Origin: an uncultured Methanosarcinaceae archaeon
GTDB taxonomy: Archaea > Halobacteriota > Methanosarcinia > Methanosarcinales > Methanosarcinaceae
Direction of reading: 5' to 3'
Assembly (NCBI GenBank): GCA_963727895.1
Contig: CAVSHT010000012.1
Location: forward strand, 32,001 to 96,000
Length of the DNA stretch: 64,000 nucleotides
Made by a program: the position numbers and the translations under genes. The notes under the pieces were generated by a model. The model had not been told where the DNA came from. It did not search any database and saw only the letters and a list, made by a program, of their open reading frames with translations. This document shows positions 46,445-57,346 of the stretch, in pieces (position 1 is the stretch's first letter; every line of letters starts with the position of its first letter).

Positions 46445-49243
46445 TTATTTTTTCTTCACTGAATCTCGCAAAAACTTATGCAGAATTCCACCATTCAAGT
46501 AGTACTCTATTTCTACAGCCGAGTCTAGCCTTAAGGTTACCTGGAACCTAATTTCTTCTCCATTCTCATTCTTTGCACTTACTGTAAGCTCTCCATGAGG
46601 CTCCATGTGTTCAATGCCCAGAATATCATAGCTTTCCTTTCCTGTAAGGTCTAAGATATCAGCATTTTCGCCTTCTTTAAATTGCAGTGGCAGAACTCCC
46701 ATGCCTACAAGGTTGCTTCTGTGGATACGCTCGAAGGATTCGGCAATAACTGCTTTTACTCCCAGAAGGAATGTTCCTTTAGCTGCCCAGTCTCTAGAAC
46801 TGCCTGTTCCGTACTCCTTTCCTGCAATAACTATCAAAGGAGTATCATTTTCAGCATAGAGCATTGCTGCATCATAAATCGGGATTCCTCCACAGGTTTC
46901 CTCAGGAAAATCTTCTTTTCGAGAATGATACACAGTCCATCCTCCTTCCCTGGTCACAAGTTTGTTCCTGAGCCGGATATTTCCAAAAGTTCCGCGTATC
47001 ATTACCTCATGGTTGCCTCTTCGGGACCCATATGAATTGAAATCTTCAGGGCTTATTCCCCATGAGATCAGATATTTACCTGCAGGATTCTCGGCTGGGA
47101 TATCACCTGCAGGAGATATATGGTCTGTGGTAATGCTGTCTCCGAAAAGTGCCAAAACTCTTGCATTCTTTATGTCCTTAGGCGAAGATGATGCAAGTGG
47201 GAAGTCCATGAAATATGGTGGTTCCTGAATATATGTGGACATAGGATTCCAATCATATAACGTACCTGTAGGGGCCTCCAGTTCTTTCCAGAGTTTTGGG
47301 CCTTCAAGAGCGCCTGAATACTCTTTTTCGAACATTAAAGGTTTAATGCTGTTCTTTTCGGCATCTTTAATCTCTTCTTCTGCAGGCCAAATATCTTTTA
47401 GGTAAACAGGGCGTCCGTTTGGATCATAAGCAAGCGGATCAGTTTCAAGGTTAATATTTACAGTACCTGCAATTGCATAAGCCACAACGAGAGGCGGAGA
47501 CGCCAGGAAGTTTGCTTTGACAAGGGGATTAATCCGACCTTCAAAATTACGGTTTCCGCTTAGTACGGCTGCAACAGTAAGGTCATTTTCCTTAATTTCC
47601 TTAGTCACTTTTTCTGGCAGAGGTCCACTGTTTCCGATGCAGGTTGTACATCCGTATCCAACCTGGTGGAAACCAAGAGCTTCAAGATATGGTAAAAGAC
47701 CTGCAGTTTTGAGATATTCCGTAGCTACTCTTGATCCCGGAGAAAGACTTGTTTTTACAAAAGGTTTAACGTGCAGGCCTTTTTCTATGGCTTTTTTTGC
47801 AAGTATCCCGGCTCCTATAAGAACTGAAGGATTTGAGGTATTGGTACAGGAAGTAATTGCTGCAATCACTACTGAACCATGTGTTACCCTTAAATCTTTT
47901 CCTGAATATTTTACATATTCTGTAATAAGATTTTCAGATTCATCTACAGGTTTTCCTCCTTCTCCTATCCAGCGCTGGTAAGCAGAATCCTGAGAAAGTT
48001 CAAGTCCTGACTCTTTCTTTTGGGTAAAGGTCTGCTGCATTATTTCATGGTATTTTTCAGGAACTTCACTCAAAAAAAGCTGGTCTTGAGGGCGCTTTGG
48101 ACCCGCAAGACAGGGTTTCACCGTGCTCATGTCAAGCTCCAGAGTACGGCTGAAAATAGGGTCAGGTTTGTTGGTAGAATAGAGAAGGTCCTGAGCTTCC
48201 AGATATTTTTTCACAAGGTCAATCTGCTCTTTGCTCCTGCCAGTTCTTCTCAGGTAGTCAAGAGTTTCAGAATCAGGTGGAAAAATTCCAAGGGTTGCTC
48301 CATATTCAGGAGCCATATTGGAGATTGTTGCTCTGTCAGGAAGACTCAGTGAGTTTAATCCGGGACCATAGAACTCCACGAATTTGCCAACAACTTCCTC
48401 TTTTCTCAATATCTTTGTAATTGTTAGAACTATATCTGTAGCAGTGACTCCTTTCGCGGCTTTTCCGTAGAGCTTGAAGCCAATAACTTCAGGCACAGGC
48501 ATGTAATAAGGCTGTCCTAGCATTACGGCTTCTGCCTCTATGCCTCCTACTCCCCAGCCGAGTACTCCAATTCCGTTGATCATTGTAGTATGAGAATCGG
48601 TCCCTACAAGAGTGTCAGAGAATGCAGATAATTCCCCATTTTTCTCTTTGAGGTGCACAAGTGGGGTCAGGTACTCAAGGTTCACCTGATGGATTATTCC
48701 TCTGCCAGGAGGCACAACTCTGAAATTGTCAAATGCTTTCTGGGCCCAGCGCAGGACAGAATAGCGTTCTTTATTGCGTTCAAACTCTTTTTTCTCGTTT
48801 TCTTCAAGGGAATATGCTGTGCCATAGGAATCCACCTGAACTGAGTGGTCAATAACAAGGTCAGCAGGAATAACAGGATTTATTTTTGTGGGATCGCCTC
48901 CCAGACGCTGCATTGCTGATCGAAGGGCTGCCAGGTCTACTACAGCTGGAACGCCTGTAAAGTCCTGCATAATTACTCTTGAAGGAATAAATGGAATATC
49001 CCTATTAATTACGTTTTCAGGGTTCCAGCGAGCAAGCGCCTCCACATCCTCGGCAGTTATTATGTGCTTTTCAGTATCAGCATGCCTGAGCAGGGATTCC
49101 AACAGGATCCTTATGGAGTACGGAAGCTGGGAAATTCCCTCAAAGCCTTTTTCTTCCAGTTTGCCCAATCTGTAAATTATAGCTTTTCCGGCAGCTGTTT
49201 CAATAGTGTCTCTTACCCCAAATGGGTCTGGACCTTCTCTCAT
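46445..49243 (-). CDS. acnA: Aconitate hydratase A
   Basis: QDFTGVP, DHSVQVD, DSHT, SCTNTSN, GCTTCIGNSG, TTDHISP, GSSRDWAAKG. Confidence 0.96.
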   Translation of the reverse strand: MREGPDPFGVRDTIETAAGKAIIYRLGKLEEKGFEGISQLPYSIRILLESLLRHADTEKHIITAEDVEALARWNPENVINRDIPFIPSRVIMQDFTGVPAVVDLAALRSAMQRLGGDPTKINPVIPADLVIDHSVQVDSYGTAYSLEENEKKEFERNKERYSVLRWAQKAFDNFRVVPPGRGIIHQVNLEYLTPLVHLKEKNGELSAFSDTLVGTDSHTTMINGIGVLGWGVGGIEAEAVMLGQPYYMPVPEVIGFKLYGKAAKGVTATDIVLTITKILRKEEVVGKFVEFYGPGLNSLSLPDRATISNMAPEYGATLGIFPPDSETLDYLRRTGRSKEQIDLVKKYLEAQDLLYSTNKPDPIFSRTLELDMSTVKPCLAGPKRPQDQLFLSEVPEKYHEIMQQTFTQKKESGLELSQDSAYQRWIGEGGKPVDESENLITEYVKYSGKDLRVTHGSVVIAAITSCTNTSNPSVLIGAGILAKKAIEKGLHVKPFVKTSLSPGSRVATEYLKTAGLLPYLEALGFHQVGYGCTTCIGNSGPLPEKVTKEIKENDLTVAAVLSGNRNFEGRINPLVKANFLASPPLVVAYAIAGTVNINLETDPLAYDPNGRPVYLKDIWPAEEEIKDAEKNSIKPLMFEKEYSGALEGPKLWKELEAPTGTLYDWNPMSTYIQEPPYFMDFPLASSSPKDIKNARVLALFGDSITTDHISPAGDIPAENPAGKYLISWGISPEDFNSYGSRRGNHEVMIRGTFGNIRLRNKLVTREGGWTVYHSRKEDFPEETCGGIPIYDAAMLYAENDTPLIVIAGKEYGTGSSRDWAAKGTFLLGVKAVIAESFERIHRSNLVGMGVLPLQFKEGENADILDLTGKESYDILGIEHMEPHGELTVSAKNENGEEIRFQVTLRLDSAVEIEYYLNGGILHKFLRDSVKKK

Positions 49244-49863
49244 ATGTTTCTTACCTCCAGCAGAAATATGAAATTAAAATCATGATATTATAGATTTTTC
49301 TTTGTTGTATGAAATCCCCATCTTATCGTTAGACTATTTTATTCCTTCGGGTTTAAGTACACATCTTTCTGTAAAAAATTCTCTCTGACTGATACATTTC
49401 ACTATATTTTTATTGGGAACAGATACTTGTGCTGCTATTTTATGCAGTAACATGAAGTGTATCTTTAACTTATATTTTTTGTATTTTTAACTTATATTTT
49501 TTGTATTTCAGTAGTATAAGTAAACAGAAAAGTGAAGATTATTAAAAAGGATTAAGAGGAAATGGATTTCAAAAATTTCAGATCTCTAAAACGGTCTCAA
49601 ATTTGAATATTTTCAGAATTTAGGATTCCAATTAAAACTCAAAATTTATTTTTTTAATTCAAAAGTTTTAATGAGTAATCACGTTTCTTGCCACGGAATA
49701 TGTTTTGAAACTTTTTTAGTTGATAAGAAACTTGGTTTTAGGATGAGATTTTAGGATGAGTTATACACATGAATTTCAGTCATTAGATTTTAAAAAATAT
49801 AAAATTTTATAATTATTTATAATTCGAAACATTAACAATTTTAGTATTCTTCATGCAGCCTCT

Positions 49864-50004
49864 TCATCCGAAAATCATTATTGAATCGAGTCTTGCAGTA
49901 CCTACTTTTGTCCAGTACTTGCAAACACTACAATACTGAGTTTCACCATCTGCACGTAATTTCAGGTCAGAGTGACATTTTGGACATATTTTCAGATGTT
50001 TCAT
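49864..50004 (-). CDS. 46-aa zinc-ribbon microprotein
   Basis: MKHLKICPKCHSDLKLRADGETQYCSVCKYWTKVGTARLDSIMIFG; CPKC..CSVC; AAGGAG SD. Confidence 0.7.
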   Translation of the reverse strand: MKHLKICPKCHSDLKLRADGETQYCSVCKYWTKVGTARLDSIMIFG

Positions 50005-50036
50005 GACTATAACTCCTTAATTTTTCGTTTAATTTT

Positions 50037-50105
50037 GAGCTAATTCCAAAACTCAAAATTTGTTCCCTTAATTTTGAATTATTATTCAAGTTTTGGAATG
50101 GGTTC
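50037..50105. repeat. Short hairpin member of repeat family B
   Basis: GAGCTAATTCCAAAACT ... AGTTTTGGAATGGGTTC imperfect inverted repeat. Confidence 0.6.
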
Positions 50106-50342
50106 AAACATTTGAATTCTGATGAGATCTTTGGAGGTTGGTTGATTGTTCATAGACTACAGAGGCTAGCTTATTTGTTCTGGGTTTATTCTTCTCCCAT
50201 TTCTTTTCTGAATTCGATGTAATCTATCTCAACTTTTTCGAGTTCGTATTCCATTTTTATACCTCTTTTTGTGGTTTGTTATTTCAAATTGTGTTTCTAT
50301 TATTCCGCAGATAATTTTTTGGAGGCTGTCTGAAAGTTGATT

Positions 50343-50522
50343 TTAACAAACTTTTTTAAGATGTACTTTTTCTCTGTTTGTTTTTAAGTTTGTATTTGTG
50401 TTGTTACATGAATATCCTTGAACTTTCTCATAAATTTCATCAGAGGTTAACAGCATGCCATTCCAAAACAAAGATCCATGTGAAATTAGTTTTGAAAGCT
50501 TCTTCTCTGTTATTTTATTCAT
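50343..50522 (-). CDS. Small hypothetical protein, 59 aa
   Basis: MNKITEKKLSKLISHGSLFWNGMLLTSDEIYEKVQG...; GAGGAG SD; decayed paralogue near 28.7 kb. Confidence 0.45.
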   Translation of the reverse strand: MNKITEKKLSKLISHGSLFWNGMLLTSDEIYEKVQGYSCNNTNTNLKTNREKVHLKKVC

Positions 50523-50751
50523 TAAATGGCTCTCCTCTATCTTACATTTTATTTATCCTATTAATAGGAGTACGGAATCCTAATTCCTCTTTATCTTAGA
50601 AATAACTTTCTTTTTACGGTTCTGTAACGTCTTCGTCAGTTTGGAACATTCTAAAATGCATGTAACATATCGTATGGTGTGAGTAACACAAATAAAAAGA
50701 AATTACCTATTAAAAGTCTAAAATTTTTGTGTTTTATTGAGGGGATATATT

Positions 50752-51216
50752 ATGAGTTCAAAAATGGTTTCAAATCAAATTAAAAAAGTAAATATTCTAT
50801 CAAGTGATACCTGTCTAACAAGTAATATTATGCCAAAAGTAGAAATCAATGCTAAGGGTATAAAACAAACTGTAAAGAGACTACAATTCTCTACTAATAC
50901 ATTTTATGATTCAATATTCGAATATATTTGGAATGGATTCGATGCAAATGCATCTGAAGTTATTTTGAACTATCAATTTAGAGATAATGGTACTCTAAAT
51001 GAATTATCTGTTAAAGATAATGGAAGTGGGATAACTTATGAAGAGTTAGAAAAAAAATTCAAATATGTACACGATTCTGATAAAATAAATAATGATGATA
51101 GAGTGTATAATAATAAATCAGAGATACATGGGAAAAATGGAATCGGAAGATTAACTTTTTTTACTTTTGCAAATTTTGCTAAATGGACAACTGTTTATAC
51201 TAAAGATAAAAATTAT
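50752..51216 (+). pseudogene. GHKL (HATPase_c) ATPase N-terminus truncated by IS1
   Basis: EYIWNGFDA, DNGSG, GKNGIGR boxes; the frame runs into the IS end at 51217; very AT-rich. Confidence 0.8.
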
Positions 51217-51955
51217 GGAATTGGTAATTAAAAATAGATATATATGCTTATAACATATATTTCTTCATGAACTACCCCAGATGCAATAGTTCTAATCACA
51301 AAAATAATGGTATAGTTGGCGGGCGTCAACGGTACAAATGCTCTGATTGTGGTTATAACTATACAGTAGAGCTAAAATCAACTGCTTTTTCCGCTTCTGT
51401 AAAAAGACAGGCTTTACAACTCTATCTTGAAGGATTGGGCTTTCGCTCAATAGGAAGAGTTTTAGGGGTAAGTCATGTTTCTGTCCAAAAATGGATCAAG
51501 AAATTTGGTCAAGAGTGAGAGAACCTAAAAAGTGAAAATGAGATATCTATTGTTGAAATGGATGAAATGCACACTTACATCGGTAACAAAAAAAATATTG
51601 CTGGATCTGGATTGCTGTTGATAGAGTTGGGAAAAAGTTCATCAACTGCTCTTTTGGCAGCAGAGGAACGGAAACTGGAAAACTACTCTGGGAAAAATTG
51701 AAGAAAAAAGAGATTGGAGAAGTGATGACCGATCACTGGAGAGCATATGCAGAGTTTCTTCCAGAAAAGATCCATACTCAATCCAAAGCAGAAACGTATA
51801 CTGTTGAAGGATATAACAGCATATTGAAGCATTTTCTGGCAAGATTGAGACGAAAGACAAAGTGTTATAAAAAAGTCTTGAAATGCTAAAGTACTCGGTT
51901 ATTATATTGATGAAATACAGAAATAAAGAGTTAAATATGTTTAGTTAACAATACC
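51217..51955 (+). mobile_element. IS1-family element copy 4 (defective)
   Basis: Homologous to the other copies; internal TGA; first Cys changed to Tyr; flanks match only partly (AAAATT). Confidence 0.93.
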
Positions 51956-51962
51956 AAAATTC

Positions 51963-52029
51963 GGTATTGGTAATCAAAAATAGATATGTATGTTATAAGC
52001 ATATATGTCTATTTTTGGTTACCAATGCC
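51963..52029. mobile_element. 67-bp palindromic mini-element made of two IS1 left ends
   Basis: GGTATTGGTAATCAAAAATAGATATGTATG-ttataag-CATATATGTCTATTTTTGGTTACCAATGCC; 30-bp arms with 4 mismatches. Confidence 0.85.
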
Positions 52030-53043
52030 GAATATTAATCACTAAAATACCTATTAAATCATGTAAATAGGATATGTTAAGTAAATTTGATTTTATATTA
52101 AATCAAGTAAAATTAATTTAATGTTTATAAATATTACGCTTTATAAAAAATTAGGGATGTTAAAATATATATAATTAACATTAAGTAAAAATATTTTTAC
52201 TTGACATTAATTGTATAACAAAACAATTGTACTTTAATTGTAGATTCCAGTTTTTCTAATATTTTCAGGGAAGCTTCAAAGCTTTTAAATCAGATGTTTG
52301 TTGGTAATTAAAACAAGGGTTGAAGGTATATTCACAAAAATTTCACAGTGAGAGTTTTGTACATCAACTTGACATACAGCTTGTTTAATCTAAATCCAAA
52401 CGATAGATGGAAACTTTACAAAAATTAAGGGAATCGAAATATGAATAAACCTATTGAAAATAGAGTTCCGTTGCAAAAAATCTGGCTCTTTTACAAAACA
52501 AGTGAAAAATAATCGAATGACTGATGTTTGATTATGTATAGAGATAACCCGGTTGAAGCCCAGTATAACAGCGACCCCGAGTATATTTGGAGATCTTAAA
52601 AATTGAACCTGGAAAACTCTGACTTGAAGATTATATTTTCGGTGATTTTACCTTTGAGATATGAGCTGAGTGTTACCTAGTCAATGAAAAAAGTAGAAAG
52701 AAACTGCCTGATAACAGGATTATCAGAGTTTTATTTCAGCAAAACGTTTGTCAATAAATTAGTAGTTTTTTGATAATTCTCAAAGGTTTTACGATATTAA
52801 ATCCCTAATTTGACAGAAGCATAAATATTAAAATGAATAACTCCGCCATACGCTTATGTTTTTCCCTACAATTATAATTTAGATACTATGTTCTTTGATT
52901 TTTTATATTTTCATTTTTCCAATAAATTCTATGCCGAAGTAAGGTGTTTTTTGTAATGAGCAACTTTGTAAATTAACAACTTTTGTCAAATTAAGGTTGC
53001 AATTGATTTTAGACGACATTTTTGTTGGTTATGCGACACCACA

Positions 53044-53454
53044 TCAATATCTTTTCTTGTATTTCCTGAGAACTTCACTGTTTACTTCAAAAGCCTTTTC
53101 GTCAATGTAACCTTTTTCCTTAGTCCATTCAAAGAATTTTTCAAGAACTTTAGCAGCTGTACCTGTGAATTTCTTACCTCCTCCAACCTCAACTATATAA
53201 TCATCTAGGAATTCCTTAATTCCAGAGAGTGTTAGATGCTCAGGGCCAAAAATATCGCAGTAGTTCTTTTTTTCATGTTCTTGCCGGGCATTATAAAGTT
53301 CCCTGTCCTCTTCAGAAAAAGAATCTTCTGCACTGAATTCCAGGAATTCCTCGTAAAGAAGTATCACATCTTCCAGGTCCAGAAAATCATCCGGCTTCAA
53401 AGTGGCTTCCTGCTCATTCAAGAACATCCGAAAAGCTTCATTTATCGTGGTCAT
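53044..53454 (-). CDS. Acidic hypothetical protein
   Basis: Clean 136-aa ORF with host-like codon usage; no recognised catalytic motif. Confidence 0.7.
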   Translation of the reverse strand: MTTINEAFRMFLNEQEATLKPDDFLDLEDVILLYEEFLEFSAEDSFSEEDRELYNARQEHEKKNYCDIFGPEHLTLSGIKEFLDDYIVEVGGGKKFTGTAAKVLEKFFEWTKEKGYIDEKAFEVNSEVLRKYKKRY

Positions 53455-53676
53455 AATATCCTGTAGCTATCCTGTAGCAGTATTTGTAAACAATTATTTT
53501 TGCTGCAAAATATATTATATTTTTCTCAAACCACTCAGTAAAGAAGTGGATAGGTATTTTTCAATAGCTTTATCTCTAGATAGTATCCAGAAGATATTAA
53601 AACACACCTACAATAAAAACAAGAAAAAACTTGAGAATAAATAAAAAATGAAAAATAAAGGGAAAAAGAAAAAAGA

Positions 53677-55387
53677 TTACATAGATTCAGGAGCAGCGAT
53701 TCCAAGCGTATCAAGAGAGTTTGCAAGCACAATCCTTGCGCAATCCACAAGAGCTAACCTTGCCCCTCTGATCTTTTCGTCCTCAGCAGCAATTACAGGG
53801 ACAAAACGATAGAACTGATTAAAGGCATCAGCGAGTTCGCGGGCGTAGATTGCAAGCACATGAGGTTTGAGTTCACGGGCTCCAAGATCTATGATGTTGT
53901 CAAACATTGCCATCTTCTTGATAAGATCGATTTCAGCATCTTCAACAAGTAGGGAAGACTCTATTTCTGTGGAAGAGTTCCAAGCTACTTCTTCTTTTGC
54001 TTTCTCAAGAATACTGCAGGCGCGGGCGTGAGAATACTGGATATAAGGAGCACCTTGCTTCTCAAAGTCAAGAGCTTCTTTCCAGTTGAAAACCGTAGAT
54101 TTTTCTGGCGAGACTCTTACTATGTCGTATCTTACCGCACCTATTCCTACCATTTCAGCAACCTGTTTCTTGAATTCATTAGAGGTTTCAGGACGGCGAG
54201 TTTCGACCTGTTCAAGAGCTGCTTCTGTAACTCTGCCAAAGAGATCATCTGCGCTTATGAACTGACCACGACGGGTGCTCATTGAACCTTCAGGAAGGGA
54301 AACAAACTCGAAGATAACGACTTCAGGTTCCTTGACGCCTATTGCATTCAAAAGTAGCTCTGAGCTGACCTGATATCAATTTGTGGTCAGCCCCAAAGAT
54401 ATCAATTATACGATCTGCCTGCCCAGCTTTCCACTCATGGTAGGCAAGATCTCTGGTAGTGTAAAGGGAAGTACCATTTGAGCGCTGGATAACGAGAGTT
54501 TTTTCAAACCCATAATCCAAAAGGTCTACTACAAGAGCACCTTTGTCCATTTTAGTCCTTCCTGTAGCTTTGATTCTCTCGACAATGTCGTGTACCGCGC
54601 CAGACTTAAGGAAAGTAGATTCGTTGACAAACCTGTCATGGACAACATTTAAGCGAAGCAGAGTTTCTTTAATTCCAGAAACAGCCAGAGAAACTGCCTT
54701 ACTAAAACTATCAATTGTTTTGACATCCCCAGCTTCCACTTTTTCCATAAGAGCATCAATTTCTTTTACGTAATCTGGATTTTTGTCCAGATCTACATTG
54801 GCTTTAATATATACGTCAGCGATAGCAGAATCGGACTTTTTGGAAAGGTCCAGTTCGAAACGTTCACACGCCCAGGAAACTACTGCAATCTGGCGGCCCA
54901 TATCATTGACATAATACTGTACTTCTACATCGTATCCTGCTCTCCTGAGAATACGGGCAAGAGTGTCACCAATAATGGAATTTCTAATATGCCCTACATG
55001 AAGAGGACCATTCGGGTTTGCTGAAGTATGTTCAAGTAAAATTTTATCTTTTGGAACTCCGCAGCCAAATTTTTCCTTTTCTTCCAGAACTGCAGTAACC
55101 GTTCTGTCCAGATAATGCCTACTTGCATGGAAATTAATGTAAGGACCAGAAGCGTTTACCTCTCCTATGTATGAATTATCAGGAATTTCGATTGCAGAAA
55201 CAATGCGGGTTGCAAGTTCTTTCGGATTTTGCTTGTACAAACTTGCCAGCTTGAAAGCGGCCCTGCTCGCAAGGTCAGCGTGAGAAGAGGTTTCGAAATA
55301 AAGTTCGGAATCTTCAATTTCAAGTCCAACTTTTTGGATAGCTTTTTTTAAGATTAATGTAGCTTGAGCTTTGAATTCAAGAAACAA
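53677..55387 (-). CDS. argS: Arginyl-tRNA synthetase (+1 frameshift near 54352, probably an assembly error)
   Basis: GPYINF, EHTSANPNGPLHVGHIRN, MSTRRG, YIQYSHAR, APESM. Confidence 0.95.
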
Positions 55388-55515
55388 GATAAATCACCTG
55401 TAAAAACCACAAAAAAATGTGATAACTCTAATTTACTAGTTTTGATCTGTGATCTAAGAACAGTTTAATTAAAAAAGTATTGGATAAAAAATATTGGATA
55501 GAAGTCTGGAAGATA

Positions 55516-56764
55516 TCAGACTCCTGTACTGTACCTGAGGATTGCAGCAATGCCTCCGAAAGCGTTCATGAGTTGTGAACCTTCATCAAAGTCTGTAGAC
55601 ACGAAAACAACTTTTGAATTGCTTTTGTCAGCAAGGGCTGAAAGTTCATCAACGATATCGGTAACATCTGTGACTTCAAGAGAAGCTCCACAATTTGGAC
55701 AGTTACCTGCCGTTGGTGCAGGCTCCCCTGGCTTCCATCGCCGCGTCCACTTATTTTCATATCCGCAGACACTGCACTTTGTAGTTACCCTTTCAGCTCG
55801 CAGATCTTCGGAAAGTAGAAGCATATCCACAGCATTGATTTCAAGGTTTGCTCGAACCTGAGTTTCCCCATAGGCTACTTTGCCTGAGTCGGAAATAAGT
55901 TCTTTAAAGAAAGCCTTTACAGCATTCTTCTGTCCCATTAGCTCAAGATCCTGGAGCTTATCTCAGGCAGCATTCACGAGCTCTGAAAGCCCAGATTCGT
56001 CAGTATAAGCCGTATCAAAGAGCCCAAGGATCTTTTCTCATAAGTTCATGGTGCAGAAACTCCCCGGCATAAAACTCTTCCTTTGTAGGGGAAGGTCCTC
56101 CAATCAGGATACCCTTTAGATCTTTGGGCTCAACGGCGAGGAAAATGTCATTTGCGGCATCTCCGATCCTCTTATAGAACTCATGGATAGCAATGAACCT
56201 GAGCTGTTGGAAACGATGGGAACTCTGACCACCTTTTCTCTGTTTTCCTGGAACTGTTGAAGTAAGGTTGCGGAAGGCTTCAATTCGTTTTCCGACCAGA
56301 AGCCCTACAGTAGCTTCCCTGCGGTCAAGGACCAGAAGCCCAAAGGTACCTTTGTCTTTGAGCATGTCCTCGAGAGGTTCAAGATAAAAAGCGGAATCGC
56401 AGTGATATTTGTAAACAGTAATGGGCTCAGGAGGAACAATTAATTCGCTCTCCATACTCGTCTTGTTGGCTCCGATATCCACAGCCCCTGTAAAATATAC
56501 GATTCCGTTTTCAGGAACCTTATCCAGATATCTGAGCCTCGAAAGGAGAGATTCAATAGCTCCCTGTACGTTCGTTCTGGTAAGTTTGGACTTGATGTTT
56601 GCAGCCTGACCATGCTCATCTTTTAATTGGTTTGTAACATCGAAAATTTGTTTATCATTAGGAATATAAAGAGTGATTAACTCAGTACTTCTTCCCCTCT
56701 TATCTCTTAAGCTTTCAAGCTTCTTTTTAAATTCGTACTTTTCGTGTGCAGTTTGTTCAGTCAT
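55516..56764 (-). CDS. prf1: Archaeal peptide chain release factor aRF1 (frameshift near 56035 and in-frame TGA at 55965-55963)
   Basis: NIKS, YHCDSAF, GGQS motifs; C-terminal zinc ribbon CSVC..CPNC; FGGIAAILRY. Confidence 0.92.
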
Positions 56765-57346
56765 ATTAAAAAATTCCCCGAAAAGAAAATAATAAAATTT
56801 TGATATTTCTATTAGATATTTCTGATAACTTTTAGTTTGAATCCATTATTGAATTTGAAAGTATAGTTAAGCATTTCAATTTTGAGATTAATAATGAAAA
56901 ATCTTTGTTATTTTTATTATTCAGTTCATAATTCGTTTAGCTTTTCGGTTAGCTTGACAAGGGTGAAAAGAAAATTTGGTAACTACAATCACACAGCGAG
57001 TCTCATCTAAACCGAAAGCTGAACGTAAAAACCACTTATGAACACGAAAAATTATCCTGCTTCGTGTTCTGTTGATAGCACTAGATGTGAGACATAATTA
57101 TACTCAAGCTGTATCTAATTATTTTAAAATTGGATTATCCTTGTAGAAATTATATCCTAATTGAAACCTGAGTTTATATTTGTTTCTATTCCATTAACCT
57201 AAGTTATATATACGTAGATATATAAAAATGTTTATTTATATTACCACTAATGTCAATGCGCATTAAAATAATTTGATTAAATTGACCTATAGATGCTGAT
57301 TAACAAGAAACAAATTACCAAGATAGAAAACTTGAGTTTTATTAAG

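Noticed and set aside
53044..53454. Integrase remnant at the island edge
   Set aside because: No tyrosine-recombinase catalytic motifs or att repeats are visible.
56010..56040. CTT TGA in aRF1 mimics the bacterial prfB +1 programmed frameshift site and leads to the correct frame
   Set aside because: The aRF1-like sequence KILGLFD is already encoded in the +1 frame upstream of that site, so the lesion is an extra A near 56035. There is no prfB-like internal SD.
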